Shown one piece after another: positions 27,326-36,976 of a DNA stretch of 64,000 bases. Under the pieces are notes generated by a model. The model saw only the letters and a program-made list of their open reading frames with translations. It had not been told where the DNA came from and did no database searches. The stretch covers positions 32,001 to 96,000 of the forward strand of contig CAXRCZ010000004.1 of assembly GCA_964229335.1 (NCBI GenBank). The letters are read 5' to 3'. A program made the position numbers and the translations under genes. The stretch's first letter is position 1. Every line of letters begins with the position of its first letter. Source of the stretch: Minisyncoccia bacterium (GTDB taxonomy: Bacteria > Patescibacteriota > Minisyncoccia > Phycocordibacterales > UBA918).

Positions 27326-27379
27326 ACTTCAGGAAACCTCAATCTCAACCTTGCATGAAAATTGTGTTAGGATTTTTTT

Positions 27380-27808
27380 ATGAAGAAAGGATTTGATTAT
27401 ATCGGTGTCTGTGTCTGTTTTTACTGTCACGATGGTCAGGGTAACTACGTGTTCCATAAGCGCAGTGAGCAGTGTCGCGATGAGCAGGGTGCCTGGGACT
27501 GTGGCGGGGGCGGAGTAAAGTTTGGCGAATCCATTCCGGAGGCAGTAGAAAGGGAAGTGCAAGAAGAATATGGTGTTAAACCATTAGAAATTACTGAACT
27601 TGGCTACAGCGATGTATTCAGAGACATCGACGGTCAGAAGAGTCACTGGCTCGCCTTTCGATTTAAGGTCTTGGTGGATAGAGATAAGGTTATTAATAAC
27701 GAGCCGCACAAGCACGACGAGTTAACCTGGTGCACTATCGACAATCCTCCTACCCCACTCCATTCCCAGATACCCGAAGAGCTAGTGCGCTTTAAGGGTA
27801 AGTTATAG
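27380..27808 (+). CDS. Nudix hydrolase
   Basis: Intact Nudix box GGVKFGESIPEAVEREVQEEYGV; NNEPHK. Confidence 0.92.
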   Translation: MKKGFDYIGVCVCFYCHDGQGNYVFHKRSEQCRDEQGAWDCGGGGVKFGESIPEAVEREVQEEYGVKPLEITELGYSDVFRDIDGQKSHWLAFRFKVLVDRDKVINNEPHKHDELTWCTIDNPPTPLHSQIPEELVRFKGKL

Positions 27809-27815
27809 TTATAGT

Positions 27816-28490
27816 ATGAACTTTCACATCATCACGTTGTTTCCAGAAGTCTGTCAGCCGTATACCGATTCGGGTGTGCTAGGTAGAGCGCAAAAAACCA
27901 ACAAAGGCGTAGGTGCCAAAAGTCGCGGCAAAAAGATTGCTGTCAATTATTACAACCCGCGAGAATTCACCAAGAACAAGCATAAGAAAGTCGACGATCG
28001 GCCGTATGGCGGCGGGCCGGGTATGGTATTGCAAACCGAGCCAATTCTGGCCGCGTGGCAAAAGGCCGTCGGACGCAAGAAAGACCAGAAGAAAATCAAG
28101 ACATTGATTATGAGTCCACGGGGTAAACAATTTGATACCAAACTAGCCAAGCAGTACGCTAAAAAATATGAGCACTTAGTACTTATCAGCGGTCGCTATG
28201 AAGGAATTGATTCCAGGGTCAAAAAGATACTAAAAGCCGAAGAAGTATCCATCGGCGACTATGTCTTGACCGGAGGAGAATTACCCGCGCTCGCGATAGT
28301 GGATTCGGTAGCCAGACAAGTGCCTGGCGTCCTTGGCACCATTGACTCACTTGAGGAGTCTCGTATCTCCAGCGGAGAAATGTACACCAGACCAGAGACT
28401 ATTGAGTATAAAAAAAAGCGGTTTAAAGTTCCGCCGGTATACTTGTCAGGACATCATCAAAAGATTGACCAGCTAAGAGCCAAGAAATAA
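27816..28490 (+). CDS. trmD: tRNA (guanine-N1)-methyltransferase
   Basis: ITLFPE, VDDRPYGGGPGMV, GRYEGIDSR, SIGDYVLTGGE, VP.V.LSGH. Confidence 0.96.
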   Translation: MNFHIITLFPEVCQPYTDSGVLGRAQKTNKGVGAKSRGKKIAVNYYNPREFTKNKHKKVDDRPYGGGPGMVLQTEPILAAWQKAVGRKKDQKKIKTLIMSPRGKQFDTKLAKQYAKKYEHLVLISGRYEGIDSRVKKILKAEEVSIGDYVLTGGELPALAIVDSVARQVPGVLGTIDSLEESRISSGEMYTRPETIEYKKKRFKVPPVYLSGHHQKIDQLRAKK

Positions 28491-28492
28491 AG

Positions 28493-28523
28493 ATTGCCCT
28501 GGGATCATAGACCCCAGGGCAAT
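28493..28523. terminator. Terminator between convergent trmD and purC
   Basis: attgccctggg/cccagggcaat. Confidence 0.75.
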
Positions 28524-28532
28524 TATTTGCGG

Positions 28533-29453
28533 TTACACCGCATCGAGTTGCGCACGCCACTCCTTGACCGAACGACCGGTAATGAGCTGCAGAATACGTT
28601 GGTAACGACTAGTAGTTTCCTCGACAACGCTTCTATCGAAATCGAGCTCATACCTAGGACCATCACCCCATTGTAGTTCAGCTGCTAGTCGGACAGGCTG
28701 CTTATCGAGCCATGGCGGCTCCTCTCCTTCCTTTATCTCGCTCATTATCACAAAGCGACTGGAGTCTGGCGTGAGTATTTCGTCAGCCAACATTGTCCAA
28801 GGGTTGCTGGGGTCATATCCAACTTCGAATTTGGTGTCGACCAAAGCAATATTACACTTCTCCAACTCAGCTCTAGCACGTTTAAATATATTCTTTAGTT
28901 GCGAGGCTGCGGGATATTTATCCTGCGTCTTCCATCCCAGTAACGGATCATCCGATTCAGATTTATCCGTGGGAGTGAAGACCGGTTCGTCAAAGCGATG
29001 CATTTTGTATAATCCTGGCGGAAGATCTAAATCGTAAGGATCTTCCCCCGCCATATAAGCTTGGTAGAGACTGCCGGTCAGATACTGCCGAAAGATAAAC
29101 TCGACCGGGATAATATCCAAATCCTTAACCACCAGCGTCCGGTAGTGAAGATCACGATACTGATCCAAAGAATTTGGTAAGTAATCGTATATTTTTCTTC
29201 CATATGCCACCAAGTGGTGGTTAGCGTGGGAGAATATCTCAGTCAACCAATAAATAGTCAGATAGGTAAGAATTTCGCCCTTCAGCGGAATCTCGCTCAG
29301 ATGAACAACATTGTGAGTACTGATACGATCAGACGCTATAATAGCGATCAACCCCTTCGTTTTGGTAGGATACCGTTCTCTGGTTTTACCTTGAGAGAGC
29401 GGTTCCCAAATATTGCGTGGAACTTGTAGGCGATACTTAATATCTACTCGCAT
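28533..29453 (-). CDS. purC: SAICAR synthetase
   Basis: GKTR, SDRIS, KGEIL, IPVEFIFRQYLTGS, FTPTDK, DTKFEVG, DEILTPDSSRF, DKQPVR; AAGGAG SD. Confidence 0.9.
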   Translation of the reverse strand: MRVDIKYRLQVPRNIWEPLSQGKTRERYPTKTKGLIAIIASDRISTHNVVHLSEIPLKGEILTYLTIYWLTEIFSHANHHLVAYGRKIYDYLPNSLDQYRDLHYRTLVVKDLDIIPVEFIFRQYLTGSLYQAYMAGEDPYDLDLPPGLYKMHRFDEPVFTPTDKSESDDPLLGWKTQDKYPAASQLKNIFKRARAELEKCNIALVDTKFEVGYDPSNPWTMLADEILTPDSSRFVIMSEIKEGEEPPWLDKQPVRLAAELQWGDGPRYELDFDRSVVEETTSRYQRILQLITGRSVKEWRAQLDAV

Positions 29454-29504
29454 TTCAATTCTCCTTGTAGGATTGCTTCTGTCGACACCCTAGCACCAAA
29501 CTCT

Positions 29505-29666
29505 ACAAAAAGAAATACCGCCCGGAGGCGGTATTTCTTTCGAACTATATCAACCGCAAAAGAGGTTGATGGTGACTGCCATTGGTATTCCCGAAGGATT
29601 ACCGATGGGTAATGACAGTCGTAGTTCGTCCCATTTAATTCCAACGTAGAGCTTTCGTTAAATGGT
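29505..29666 (-). ncRNA. Candidate structured leader RNA or sRNA upstream of purC
   Basis: Promoter TTGACG-16-TATAAT (29700-29673); hairpin CCAUUUAA/UUAAAUGG; 3-way junction closed by CGAACUA/UAGUUCG; cUUCGg loop; 14-bp terminator with cUCCGg loop and U-tract (29540-29507). Confidence 0.6.
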
Positions 29667-30023
29667 ATATCCATTATAAAGCTGCAGATTATGTCGTCAA
29701 CTTGTTTTGCTGGTACTTTTGTTTCGTAACTTGGTATTTTGCCTGTAACAAGTAAAAATAATTCGGATTTTAAGAAGAGAAACAAGTTGTTATCGGAGAT
29801 AACAAGCCATTTCTTGCAATTTTAAAACTATACGGTATACTACCGCCCACATACGCAGTACTGCGATCTCGAGTGAGTTGTGGAGGGGAGATTTTTATGC
29901 CGCGGAGTAATTATTCACCTTTGGAGGTAATGTTTTTATTCATCGGATAGAGAAACGACAATTTCAAATAGCGCCTTGGCGCGTTTTTTACGTCTATCTC
30001 TAGCCTTATAAAATTGAGTCGTT

Positions 30024-33000
30024 ATGGATACCAAGAATGTTTCAGTGGGTCATTTGCCACAAAAGCGGTTTGAAAAAGCTGCTCCCGCTCGTGTACCACT
30101 ACCTGACCTTATCGAGCCACAGCGCGAATCATATCGTTGGTTTGTTGAGGAAGCATTAAAAGAGATTTTTAAAGAGTTTTCGCCGATTACAGACTATTCG
30201 GAGAAAAAGTTCGAACTACAGTTCAAAAAATACGAACTAAGTGAACCTAAATACTCCCCAGAGTACGCCAAGGAAAACAAGCGAACCTACGAAGCTTCGC
30301 TACGAGCTACCGTTGTTCTCAAGAACAAGACATTTGAAAGTGACAAAGAGCAAGAGATTTTCATGACTGACATTCCAGTCATGACTCGTAATGGTACCTT
30401 CATCATCAACGGTGTTGAACGAGTCATTGTCCCGCAGTTGGCACGTAGTTACGGAATCTTCTTCACTACCTCCGAATCAAAAGGTAAAACCATGTTTGGT
30501 GCCAAAATTATTCCTGCTCGAGGGGCTTGGGTAGAAATCGAATCAGAAGCCGACGGAGTAATTTACGTAAAGATTGACCGTAAGAAAAAATTCCCAATCT
30601 CATCACTCTTACGAGTTCGAGGTCTTGAGACAGAAAAAGCCATGCTAGAGGCAGTTAAAGACATCCCTCGCGGTGAGGAATACATCAAAGCAACTCTTGA
30701 GAAAGATCCTGCTAAAACAGTCGACGACTCATATATTGAAATCTACAAACGATTACGTGATGGGGATTTGGCTACGGTAGAAAACGCTCGAGAGTTTGTT
30801 AACTCACTATTCTCTCCAGAGCGATACGACCTTTCTGAAATCGGGCGACATCACTTCAATCATCGTTTTGACTTAGCGACTGATAAGAAAGCTATGGATG
30901 AACGGTCAGTCACTCCAGAAGACTTGTCATTGATTCTCCGCACTATCATTACCAACAATCACGATTCATCAGCCTTGGCTGATGACATTGACCATCTTGG
31001 TTTCCGTCGAGTGCGCTACTTTGGAGAAATGCTCCAACAGCGTGTTCGAGTTGGTATGACTCGCATGAAGCGAAATATTCAAGATCGAATGAGTACTATC
31101 GAAGCTGAAACTCAGCTGCCGATGCAAATAATTAACCCACGTCCGCTACAAGCTGCTATTAAGGAATTCTTTACTACCAACCAGCTGTCGCAATTTTCTC
31201 AACAACAAAACGTTCTGACTGAACTAGAACACTTGCGCACACTCTCAGCCCTTGGCCCTGGCGGTCTAACTCGCGAACGAGCTGGGTTTGAGGTACGTGA
31301 CGTTCATACTTCTCACTACGGTCGACTGTGTCCAATCCACACTCCAGAAGGGCCAAATATTGGTTTGATTTTGCGCCTTTCAATGTACTCTCGAGTTAAC
31401 CGGTTTGGAATCATCGAGACTCCATACATTAAGGTAGAAAAAGGCAAAGTAACTGACGAAGTAGTATACCTAAACGCTCACGAAGAAGAGCGCTACACCA
31501 TTGCTCACGCGGCAGTTGAAATTGATGATAAAGGCAAAATCAAAAATGAATTCGTAGAAGCTAGACGCAAAGGTGAACCACGAACCGTCGAAACCAGAGA
31601 GATTGACTTCATGGACATTGCTACTAACCAACCATTCTCAGTAGCTACTTCAATGATTCCATTCTTGAACCACGACGACGCCAACCGTACTCTGATGGGT
31701 TCAAACATGCAGAAACAAGCTACACCGTGTCTAATTCAAGAAGCGCCGCTGGTAGCAACAGGAATTGAAGGCATTGCAGCTCGCGATATTGGACGTGTCA
31801 TTTATGCTGATGAAGCCGGAGAAGTGGTAGAAGCAGATGCAAACAAGATTGTAGTAAAACCAAAAACCGGCAAGGAAAAAGAATATGCTCTTACTACCTT
31901 CCAACGAACCAATGATTTCTCAGCCTTTTATCACCGACCGGCGGTTTCGCCAGGCGATAAGGTAAAACGGGGTGACCTATTAGCTGACACTACCTCAACT
32001 GACAATGGTCAGATTGCAGTAGGGCAGAATGCCTTGGTTGCTTTCATGAGCTGGAACGGAGCTAACTACGAAGACGCGATTATTATCTCTGAACGAATGG
32101 TAAAAGAGAGTAAGTTCTCTACTATTCACCTTGATGAACTAGAAGTGTCAGTACGAGATACTAAATTGGGTCCTGAAGTTACTACTCCTGATATTCCTAA
32201 TGTATCTGAACTAAAGCTTCGCAACCTAGATGAAACCGGAGTAATTCGCATTGGTGCTGAAGTACGGCCAGGAGACATTCTGGTTGGGAAAGTGACTCCA
32301 AAAGGTGAGACCCAACTAACACCAGAAGAACGACTACTCCGCTCTATCTTTGGAGAAAAAGCCAAAGACGTGAAGGATTCTTCTTTGCGATTAGAAGCAG
32401 GGAAGCGCGGTCGAGTAATCGGAGTCAAGATTTTCTCACGCGAAAATGGCGATCAGCTAGATAGCGGTGTTATCAAGCGAATCCACATCACAGTGGCGCA
32501 AGTGCGAAATGTTTCCGTTGGAGACAAGCTAGCTGGACGTCACGGTAACAAAGGAGTTATCTCTCGCATTCTTCCAGAAGAAGACATGCCATACACCGAA
32601 GACGGTCGTCCAATCGATATTCTTCTTACCCCGCTGGGAGTTCCTTCTCGTATGAACCTCGGTCAGATTCTTGAACTACACTTAGGTATGGCTGCCAACA
32701 CTCTTGGCTATCAAGCCATCGTGCCGCCGTTTGCCGGAGCAGATCAAAATGATGTGAAATCAGAGCTTAAAGAAGCTGGTTTGCCTGAAGACGGTAAAAT
32801 CCAACTTAGAGACGGTACTACTGGAGAACAATTTGCACAAAAAACTGCGGTTGGATACATGTATATCTTGAAACTTCACCACATGGTAGAAGACAAGATT
32901 CACATGCGTTCAATTGGTCCATACTCACTGATCACTCAGCAACCACTTGGTGGTAAGGCGCAAATCGGAGGTCAGCGGTTTGGAGAAATGGAAGTCTGGG

Positions 33001-33227
33001 CCCTCCTTGGATACGGAGCTGCCTATACACTCCGAGAAATGCTGACTATCAAGTCCGACGATATTGTCGGCCGGTCAGCCGCCTTTGACGCTATCGTACG
33101 CGGAGAAAAAATCTCTCACCCACATACACCAGCCGCTTTCAACGTGCTTCTAAACCAGCTTCGCGGTTTGGCGCTTGATGTGAAATTGGAACGAGAAGAT
33201 ACCCGTCGTAATTATGAGACCAAATAA
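30024..33227 (+). CDS. rpoB: RNA polymerase beta subunit
   Basis: FIINGVERV, DIDHLG.RR, HYGRLCP..TPEGPNIG, GDKLAGRHGNKG, GGQRFGEMEVW. Confidence 0.99.
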   Translation: MDTKNVSVGHLPQKRFEKAAPARVPLPDLIEPQRESYRWFVEEALKEIFKEFSPITDYSEKKFELQFKKYELSEPKYSPEYAKENKRTYEASLRATVVLKNKTFESDKEQEIFMTDIPVMTRNGTFIINGVERVIVPQLARSYGIFFTTSESKGKTMFGAKIIPARGAWVEIESEADGVIYVKIDRKKKFPISSLLRVRGLETEKAMLEAVKDIPRGEEYIKATLEKDPAKTVDDSYIEIYKRLRDGDLATVENAREFVNSLFSPERYDLSEIGRHHFNHRFDLATDKKAMDERSVTPEDLSLILRTIITNNHDSSALADDIDHLGFRRVRYFGEMLQQRVRVGMTRMKRNIQDRMSTIEAETQLPMQIINPRPLQAAIKEFFTTNQLSQFSQQQNVLTELEHLRTLSALGPGGLTRERAGFEVRDVHTSHYGRLCPIHTPEGPNIGLILRLSMYSRVNRFGIIETPYIKVEKGKVTDEVVYLNAHEEERYTIAHAAVEIDDKGKIKNEFVEARRKGEPRTVETREIDFMDIATNQPFSVATSMIPFLNHDDANRTLMGSNMQKQATPCLIQEAPLVATGIEGIAARDIGRVIYADEAGEVVEADANKIVVKPKTGKEKEYALTTFQRTNDFSAFYHRPAVSPGDKVKRGDLLADTTSTDNGQIAVGQNALVAFMSWNGANYEDAIIISERMVKESKFSTIHLDELEVSVRDTKLGPEVTTPDIPNVSELKLRNLDETGVIRIGAEVRPGDILVGKVTPKGETQLTPEERLLRSIFGEKAKDVKDSSLRLEAGKRGRVIGVKIFSRENGDQLDSGVIKRIHITVAQVRNVSVGDKLAGRHGNKGVISRILPEEDMPYTEDGRPIDILLTPLGVPSRMNLGQILELHLGMAANTLGYQAIVPPFAGADQNDVKSELKEAGLPEDGKIQLRDGTTGEQFAQKTAVGYMYILKLHHMVEDKIHMRSIGPYSLITQQPLGGKAQIGGQRFGEMEVWALLGYGAAYTLREMLTIKSDDIVGRSAAFDAIVRGEKISHPHTPAAFNVLLNQLRGLALDVKLEREDTRRNYETK

Positions 33228-33237
33228 TCCCTCTCTT

Positions 33238-36200
33238 ATGTCTGAAACAACTTTCAAAAAGAGTGCTCCGATTCCAACAAATTACACCGGAGTGCACCTA
33301 CAACTAGCTTCACCAGAGACAATCCTTGATTGGTCTTGGGGAGAGGTTACCAAACCAGAAACCATCAACTACCGGACACAACGACCGGAAAAGCATGGTT
33401 TGTTCGATGAACGTATTTTTGGTCCAGTTGAAGACTATGAATGTTCATGTAAAAAGTATCGTGGAATTCGTTACAAAGGGATTGTTTGTGAAAAATGTGG
33501 CGTAGAGGTAACTCGCTCTATCGTACGTCGAGATCGTATGGGTCATATTGATCTTTGTGTACCAGTGTCTCACATTTGGTTCCTGCGTGGTGTGCCTAGC
33601 CGAATCGCCATGATTCTCGGTATCACTGCTACATCAGTAGAAAAAGTAATTTACTTTGCTGGTTATATCGTAACTAAGGTCAGTGAAGGAGACCGAGCTC
33701 GTATCCTGAGTGAGCTAGACGCTGAATACAAAAGCAAAGCCAAAGAACTCAAAAACGAAGAAGCCAAAGAAGCTCTCAAGTCTCGGATGGAAGAGACCAA
33801 GAAAGAGATTACTAGCATCGAATACGGAACTGTACTGGACGAAGCTACTTTCCACAAATACTCAATCAAGTACAGTACGTTGTTTGAAGCCAAAATTGGT
33901 GCGGAAGCAATCTACGACCTATTCAAGAATCTTCATATCGGAAATCTGATTGAAGAACTAGAAGATCGTTATACCAAAGCTGGTGCGATGGAGCGCGCAA
34001 AGCTCGACAAGCGACTAGCATTGCTACGTGGTATGGAGCACGCTGAAGTACGACCTGAATGGTTGTTCCTAACCCGTATCCCCGTCATTCCTCCTGCTAT
34101 TCGACCAATGGTAGCACTTGAAGGTGGTCGCCATGCGTCTTCTGATCTTAACGACCTATACCGACGCGTAATCAACCGTAACAACCGGCTCAAAAAACTA
34201 ATTGATATCCAAGCACCAGACGTAATCTTGCGTAACGAGAAACGTATCTTGCAAGAAGCCGTCGATGCTTTAATCGATAACTCAATTCGTCATGGTGGCG
34301 GGGCATACTCAGCCATGAGTCAAGCGCAACGTCGTCCGCTTAAGTCACTTTCTGACTACCTTAAGAGCAAGCAAGGTTACTTCCGTCAAAACCTGCTCGG
34401 AAAACGTGTAGACTATTCTGGACGTTCGGTAATTGTGATTGGACCTGATCTTGCTCTTGATCAATGTGGTCTACCTAAACACATGGCTCTAGAACTTTTC
34501 CGTCCGTTTGTGGTGGCTGAACTCTTGAAGCAAGAACTCGCATACAACATTCGTGGCGCTGGACGTTTGATTGAAGACGGAGTGCCAGAAGTGTGGGCGA
34601 TTCTTGAAAATATCATCAAGCAAAAACACGTACTCTTGAACCGAGCGCCGACGCTCCACCGACAAGGTATTCAGGCGTTCCGACCAGTATTGATTGAAGG
34701 TAACGCGATCCAAGTTCACCCATTAGTTTGTCGCGCATTCAACGCTGACTTTGATGGTGACCAAATGGCCGTTCACGTACCTCTGTCTGAAGAAGCGCAA
34801 ACCGAAGCTCGTTCATTCATCTCAGCTAACAAGAACATTCTAAAACCAGGTTCATCAGAACCAGTGGTCTCTGAAAAATTACTCGACATGGCTCTTGGAG
34901 CGTATTGGATGACCAAGGTGGTCGAAGGCGCAAAAGGTGAAGGGAAGTACTTTTCATCACCAAACGACGCTATCAACGCTCATGATTATGGTCTGATTGA
35001 TTTCCGAGCCAAGGTTAATGTATTAGCGACTGACACACCAAAATACGCTCAGTTTGAAGGACAAATCTTTGAAACTTCAGTGGGACGATTGTTATTCAAC
35101 TCAGTATTGCCAAGTGACCACAGCTTTATTAATGATGTGGTTTCGCAAAAGACTTTGTTCCAAATCATCATTGACATCATTGATGATCGAGGTGCAGAAG
35201 CGGTACCGGCTATTGTCGACAAGCTAAAGAAATTCGGCTTCAAGTACGCCACTATGTCGGGTATTACTTGGGGAATTGATGAAGTAGTTATTCCAAAAGA
35301 AAAAACTGCTATCATCGAAAAAGCTCGTGAAGAAGAACGAGAAATTATCGAACATTACGATGAAGGACTCCTATCTCGCGATGAGCGACGACGGATGATG
35401 GTAGAAGTGTGGCACCGTGCCAAAACAGAAATCGAAAAAGCACTTCCAAGTACACTAAGTGAAGACGGTTCAGCGTACGAAATGTGGAAGTCAGGTGCTC
35501 GAGGATCACTCGGACAAATCGCACAGATGGCAGGTATGAAAGGTCTTATTGTTAACACTCGAGGTGAGACACTCGAAACACCGATTATCTCATCAATGAA
35601 GGAAGGATTGACTCCAATTGAGTACTTCAACACTACTCACGGTTCACGAAAAGGTCTGGCTGACACTGCCTTGCAGACTGCAAAAGCCGGATACCTTACT
35701 CGTCGACTCTTTGTGGTAGCACAAGACGCTATTGTCACCGAGGCTGATTGTAAAACTAAGGCGGGTACTACCATTAACCGCATCTCTGCTTCAGGTATCG
35801 AAATTGCGTTCTCTAAAGCCATCAAAGGTCGAATCCTTTCAGAAGATGCATTAGACGCAAAAGGTAATGTCATCTTTAAAAAAGGTCATTTGCTCTCACG
35901 TCGTGACGCTATTGCTATCGAAGAGACTACTTGCGAATCAGTTACAGTTCGTTCTCCAATGACATGTAAGACACTCCGTGGAGTTTGTCAGCAGTGTTAC
36001 GGTATTGATCTCACCACTAATCAGTTGGTGGATATCGGTGAGGCAGTAGGAACCGTCGCTGCCCAAGCGATTGGTGAACCGGGTACCCAGCTTACGATGA
36101 ACACCAAACACGCCGGAGGTGCCGCCTCTGCTGGTGGAGACGTAACGTCTGGACTTCCGCGTGTAGAAGAAGTGTTTGAAAAACGACAACCTAAAGTACC

Positions 36201-36897
36201 AGCTGTAATCAGTAAATACGAAGGACAAGTAGTTGAAGTACGAATTGACGGACGCTCTCGCATTATCGTGGTTGCTCCAGATATGACTGCTACTGGCGCA
36301 CCGAAGAAAAAAGATAATATCGAGTACGAAGTACACCCACTTAGAACAGTTGCTGTTTCCAAAGGTGATACTGTAGTGCCTGGTCAACTAATGACTGATG
36401 GTTCTGCATTACTACCAGAATTGTTTAAGTTTGGTGGTCAAGAGCTCACTCAAGATTATATTATTTCTGAAGTTAACAAGATCTACGAACTGCAAGGTGT
36501 GACTATTGCGCGCAAACACATCGAATTGATTGTGAAGCAAATGATGTCACGCATGAAGATTACTGACCGTGGTGAAAGTCGTTTTGCTAACGGTGAAGTG
36601 GTAGAAGAATGGACACTAGTAGAAGAAAATAATCGATTGAAAGAAGAAGGGAAGCAGGTTGCAAAAGGTGATCGACAAATTCTCGGTATCACCGAAACTT
36701 CTCTCACTCGAAAGAGTTTCCTTTCTGCCGCGTCATTCCAAAACACTACCCGAGTACTTATTAATGCAGCCGTACGCGGTAGCCATGACAATCTTGCGGG
36801 ACTGATGGAAAACGTAATAATCGGTAAACTTATTCCAGCCGGATCAGGCTTTGAAGGGAGTAAGAAGTATCAGATGATTCAAGATCTCCAAGACTAG
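33238..36897 (+). CDS. rpoC: RNA polymerase beta' subunit
   Basis: [12 protein letters not shown], zinc-finger Cys, [26 protein letters not shown]; start 33238 preferred over 33214. Confidence 0.99.
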   Translation: MSETTFKKSAPIPTNYTGVHLQLASPETILDWSWGEVTKPETINYRTQRPEKHGLFDERIFGPVEDYECSCKKYRGIRYKGIVCEKCGVEVTRSIVRRDRMGHIDLCVPVSHIWFLRGVPSRIAMILGITATSVEKVIYFAGYIVTKVSEGDRARILSELDAEYKSKAKELKNEEAKEALKSRMEETKKEITSIEYGTVLDEATFHKYSIKYSTLFEAKIGAEAIYDLFKNLHIGNLIEELEDRYTKAGAMERAKLDKRLALLRGMEHAEVRPEWLFLTRIPVIPPAIRPMVALEGGRHASSDLNDLYRRVINRNNRLKKLIDIQAPDVILRNEKRILQEAVDALIDNSIRHGGGAYSAMSQAQRRPLKSLSDYLKSKQGYFRQNLLGKRVDYSGRSVIVIGPDLALDQCGLPKHMALELFRPFVVAELLKQELAYNIRGAGRLIEDGVPEVWAILENIIKQKHVLLNRAPTLHRQGIQAFRPVLIEGNAIQVHPLVCRAFNADFDGDQMAVHVPLSEEAQTEARSFISANKNILKPGSSEPVVSEKLLDMALGAYWMTKVVEGAKGEGKYFSSPNDAINAHDYGLIDFRAKVNVLATDTPKYAQFEGQIFETSVGRLLFNSVLPSDHSFINDVVSQKTLFQIIIDIIDDRGAEAVPAIVDKLKKFGFKYATMSGITWGIDEVVIPKEKTAIIEKAREEEREIIEHYDEGLLSRDERRRMMVEVWHRAKTEIEKALPSTLSEDGSAYEMWKSGARGSLGQIAQMAGMKGLIVNTRGETLETPIISSMKEGLTPIEYFNTTHGSRKGLADTALQTAKAGYLTRRLFVVAQDAIVTEADCKTKAGTTINRISASGIEIAFSKAIKGRILSEDALDAKGNVIFKKGHLLSRRDAIAIEETTCESVTVRSPMTCKTLRGVCQQCYGIDLTTNQLVDIGEAVGTVAAQAIGEPGTQLTMNTKHAGGAASAGGDVTSGLPRVEEVFEKRQPKVPAVISKYEGQVVEVRIDGRSRIIVVAPDMTATGAPKKKDNIEYEVHPLRTVAVSKGDTVVPGQLMTDGSALLPELFKFGGQELTQDYIISEVNKIYELQGVTIARKHIELIVKQMMSRMKITDRGESRFANGEVVEEWTLVEENNRLKEEGKQVAKGDRQILGITETSLTRKSFLSAASFQNTTRVLINAAVRGSHDNLAGLMENVIIGKLIPAGSGFEGSKKYQMIQDLQD

Positions 36898-36918
36898 AGT
36901 ACGACTCATAAAATGAGA

Positions 36919-36960
36919 ATAAAAAAGACCGCCGGCCGCAAGACCGGCGGTCTTTTTTAT
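36919..36960. terminator. Intrinsic terminator of rpoBC
   Basis: ataaaaaagaccgccgg/ccggcggtcttttttat. Confidence 0.88.
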
Positions 36961-36976
36961 CATGTATACTACTCAC

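Noticed and set aside
29541-29625. ZTP riboswitch or hammerhead ribozyme
   Set aside because: Has a GACUG but lacks the ZTP pseudoknot partner and GUGG/CCAC stem; no CUGANGA/GAAA core
29444-29785. 113-aa ORF upstream of purC
   Set aside because: Spans a promoter, structured RNA and terminator; its internal ATG overlaps the -10 box; no protein motif
29842-30023. Regulatory RNA in the ~175-nt rpoB leader
   Set aside because: Only short scattered hairpins; no coherent fold or switch could be supported by eye
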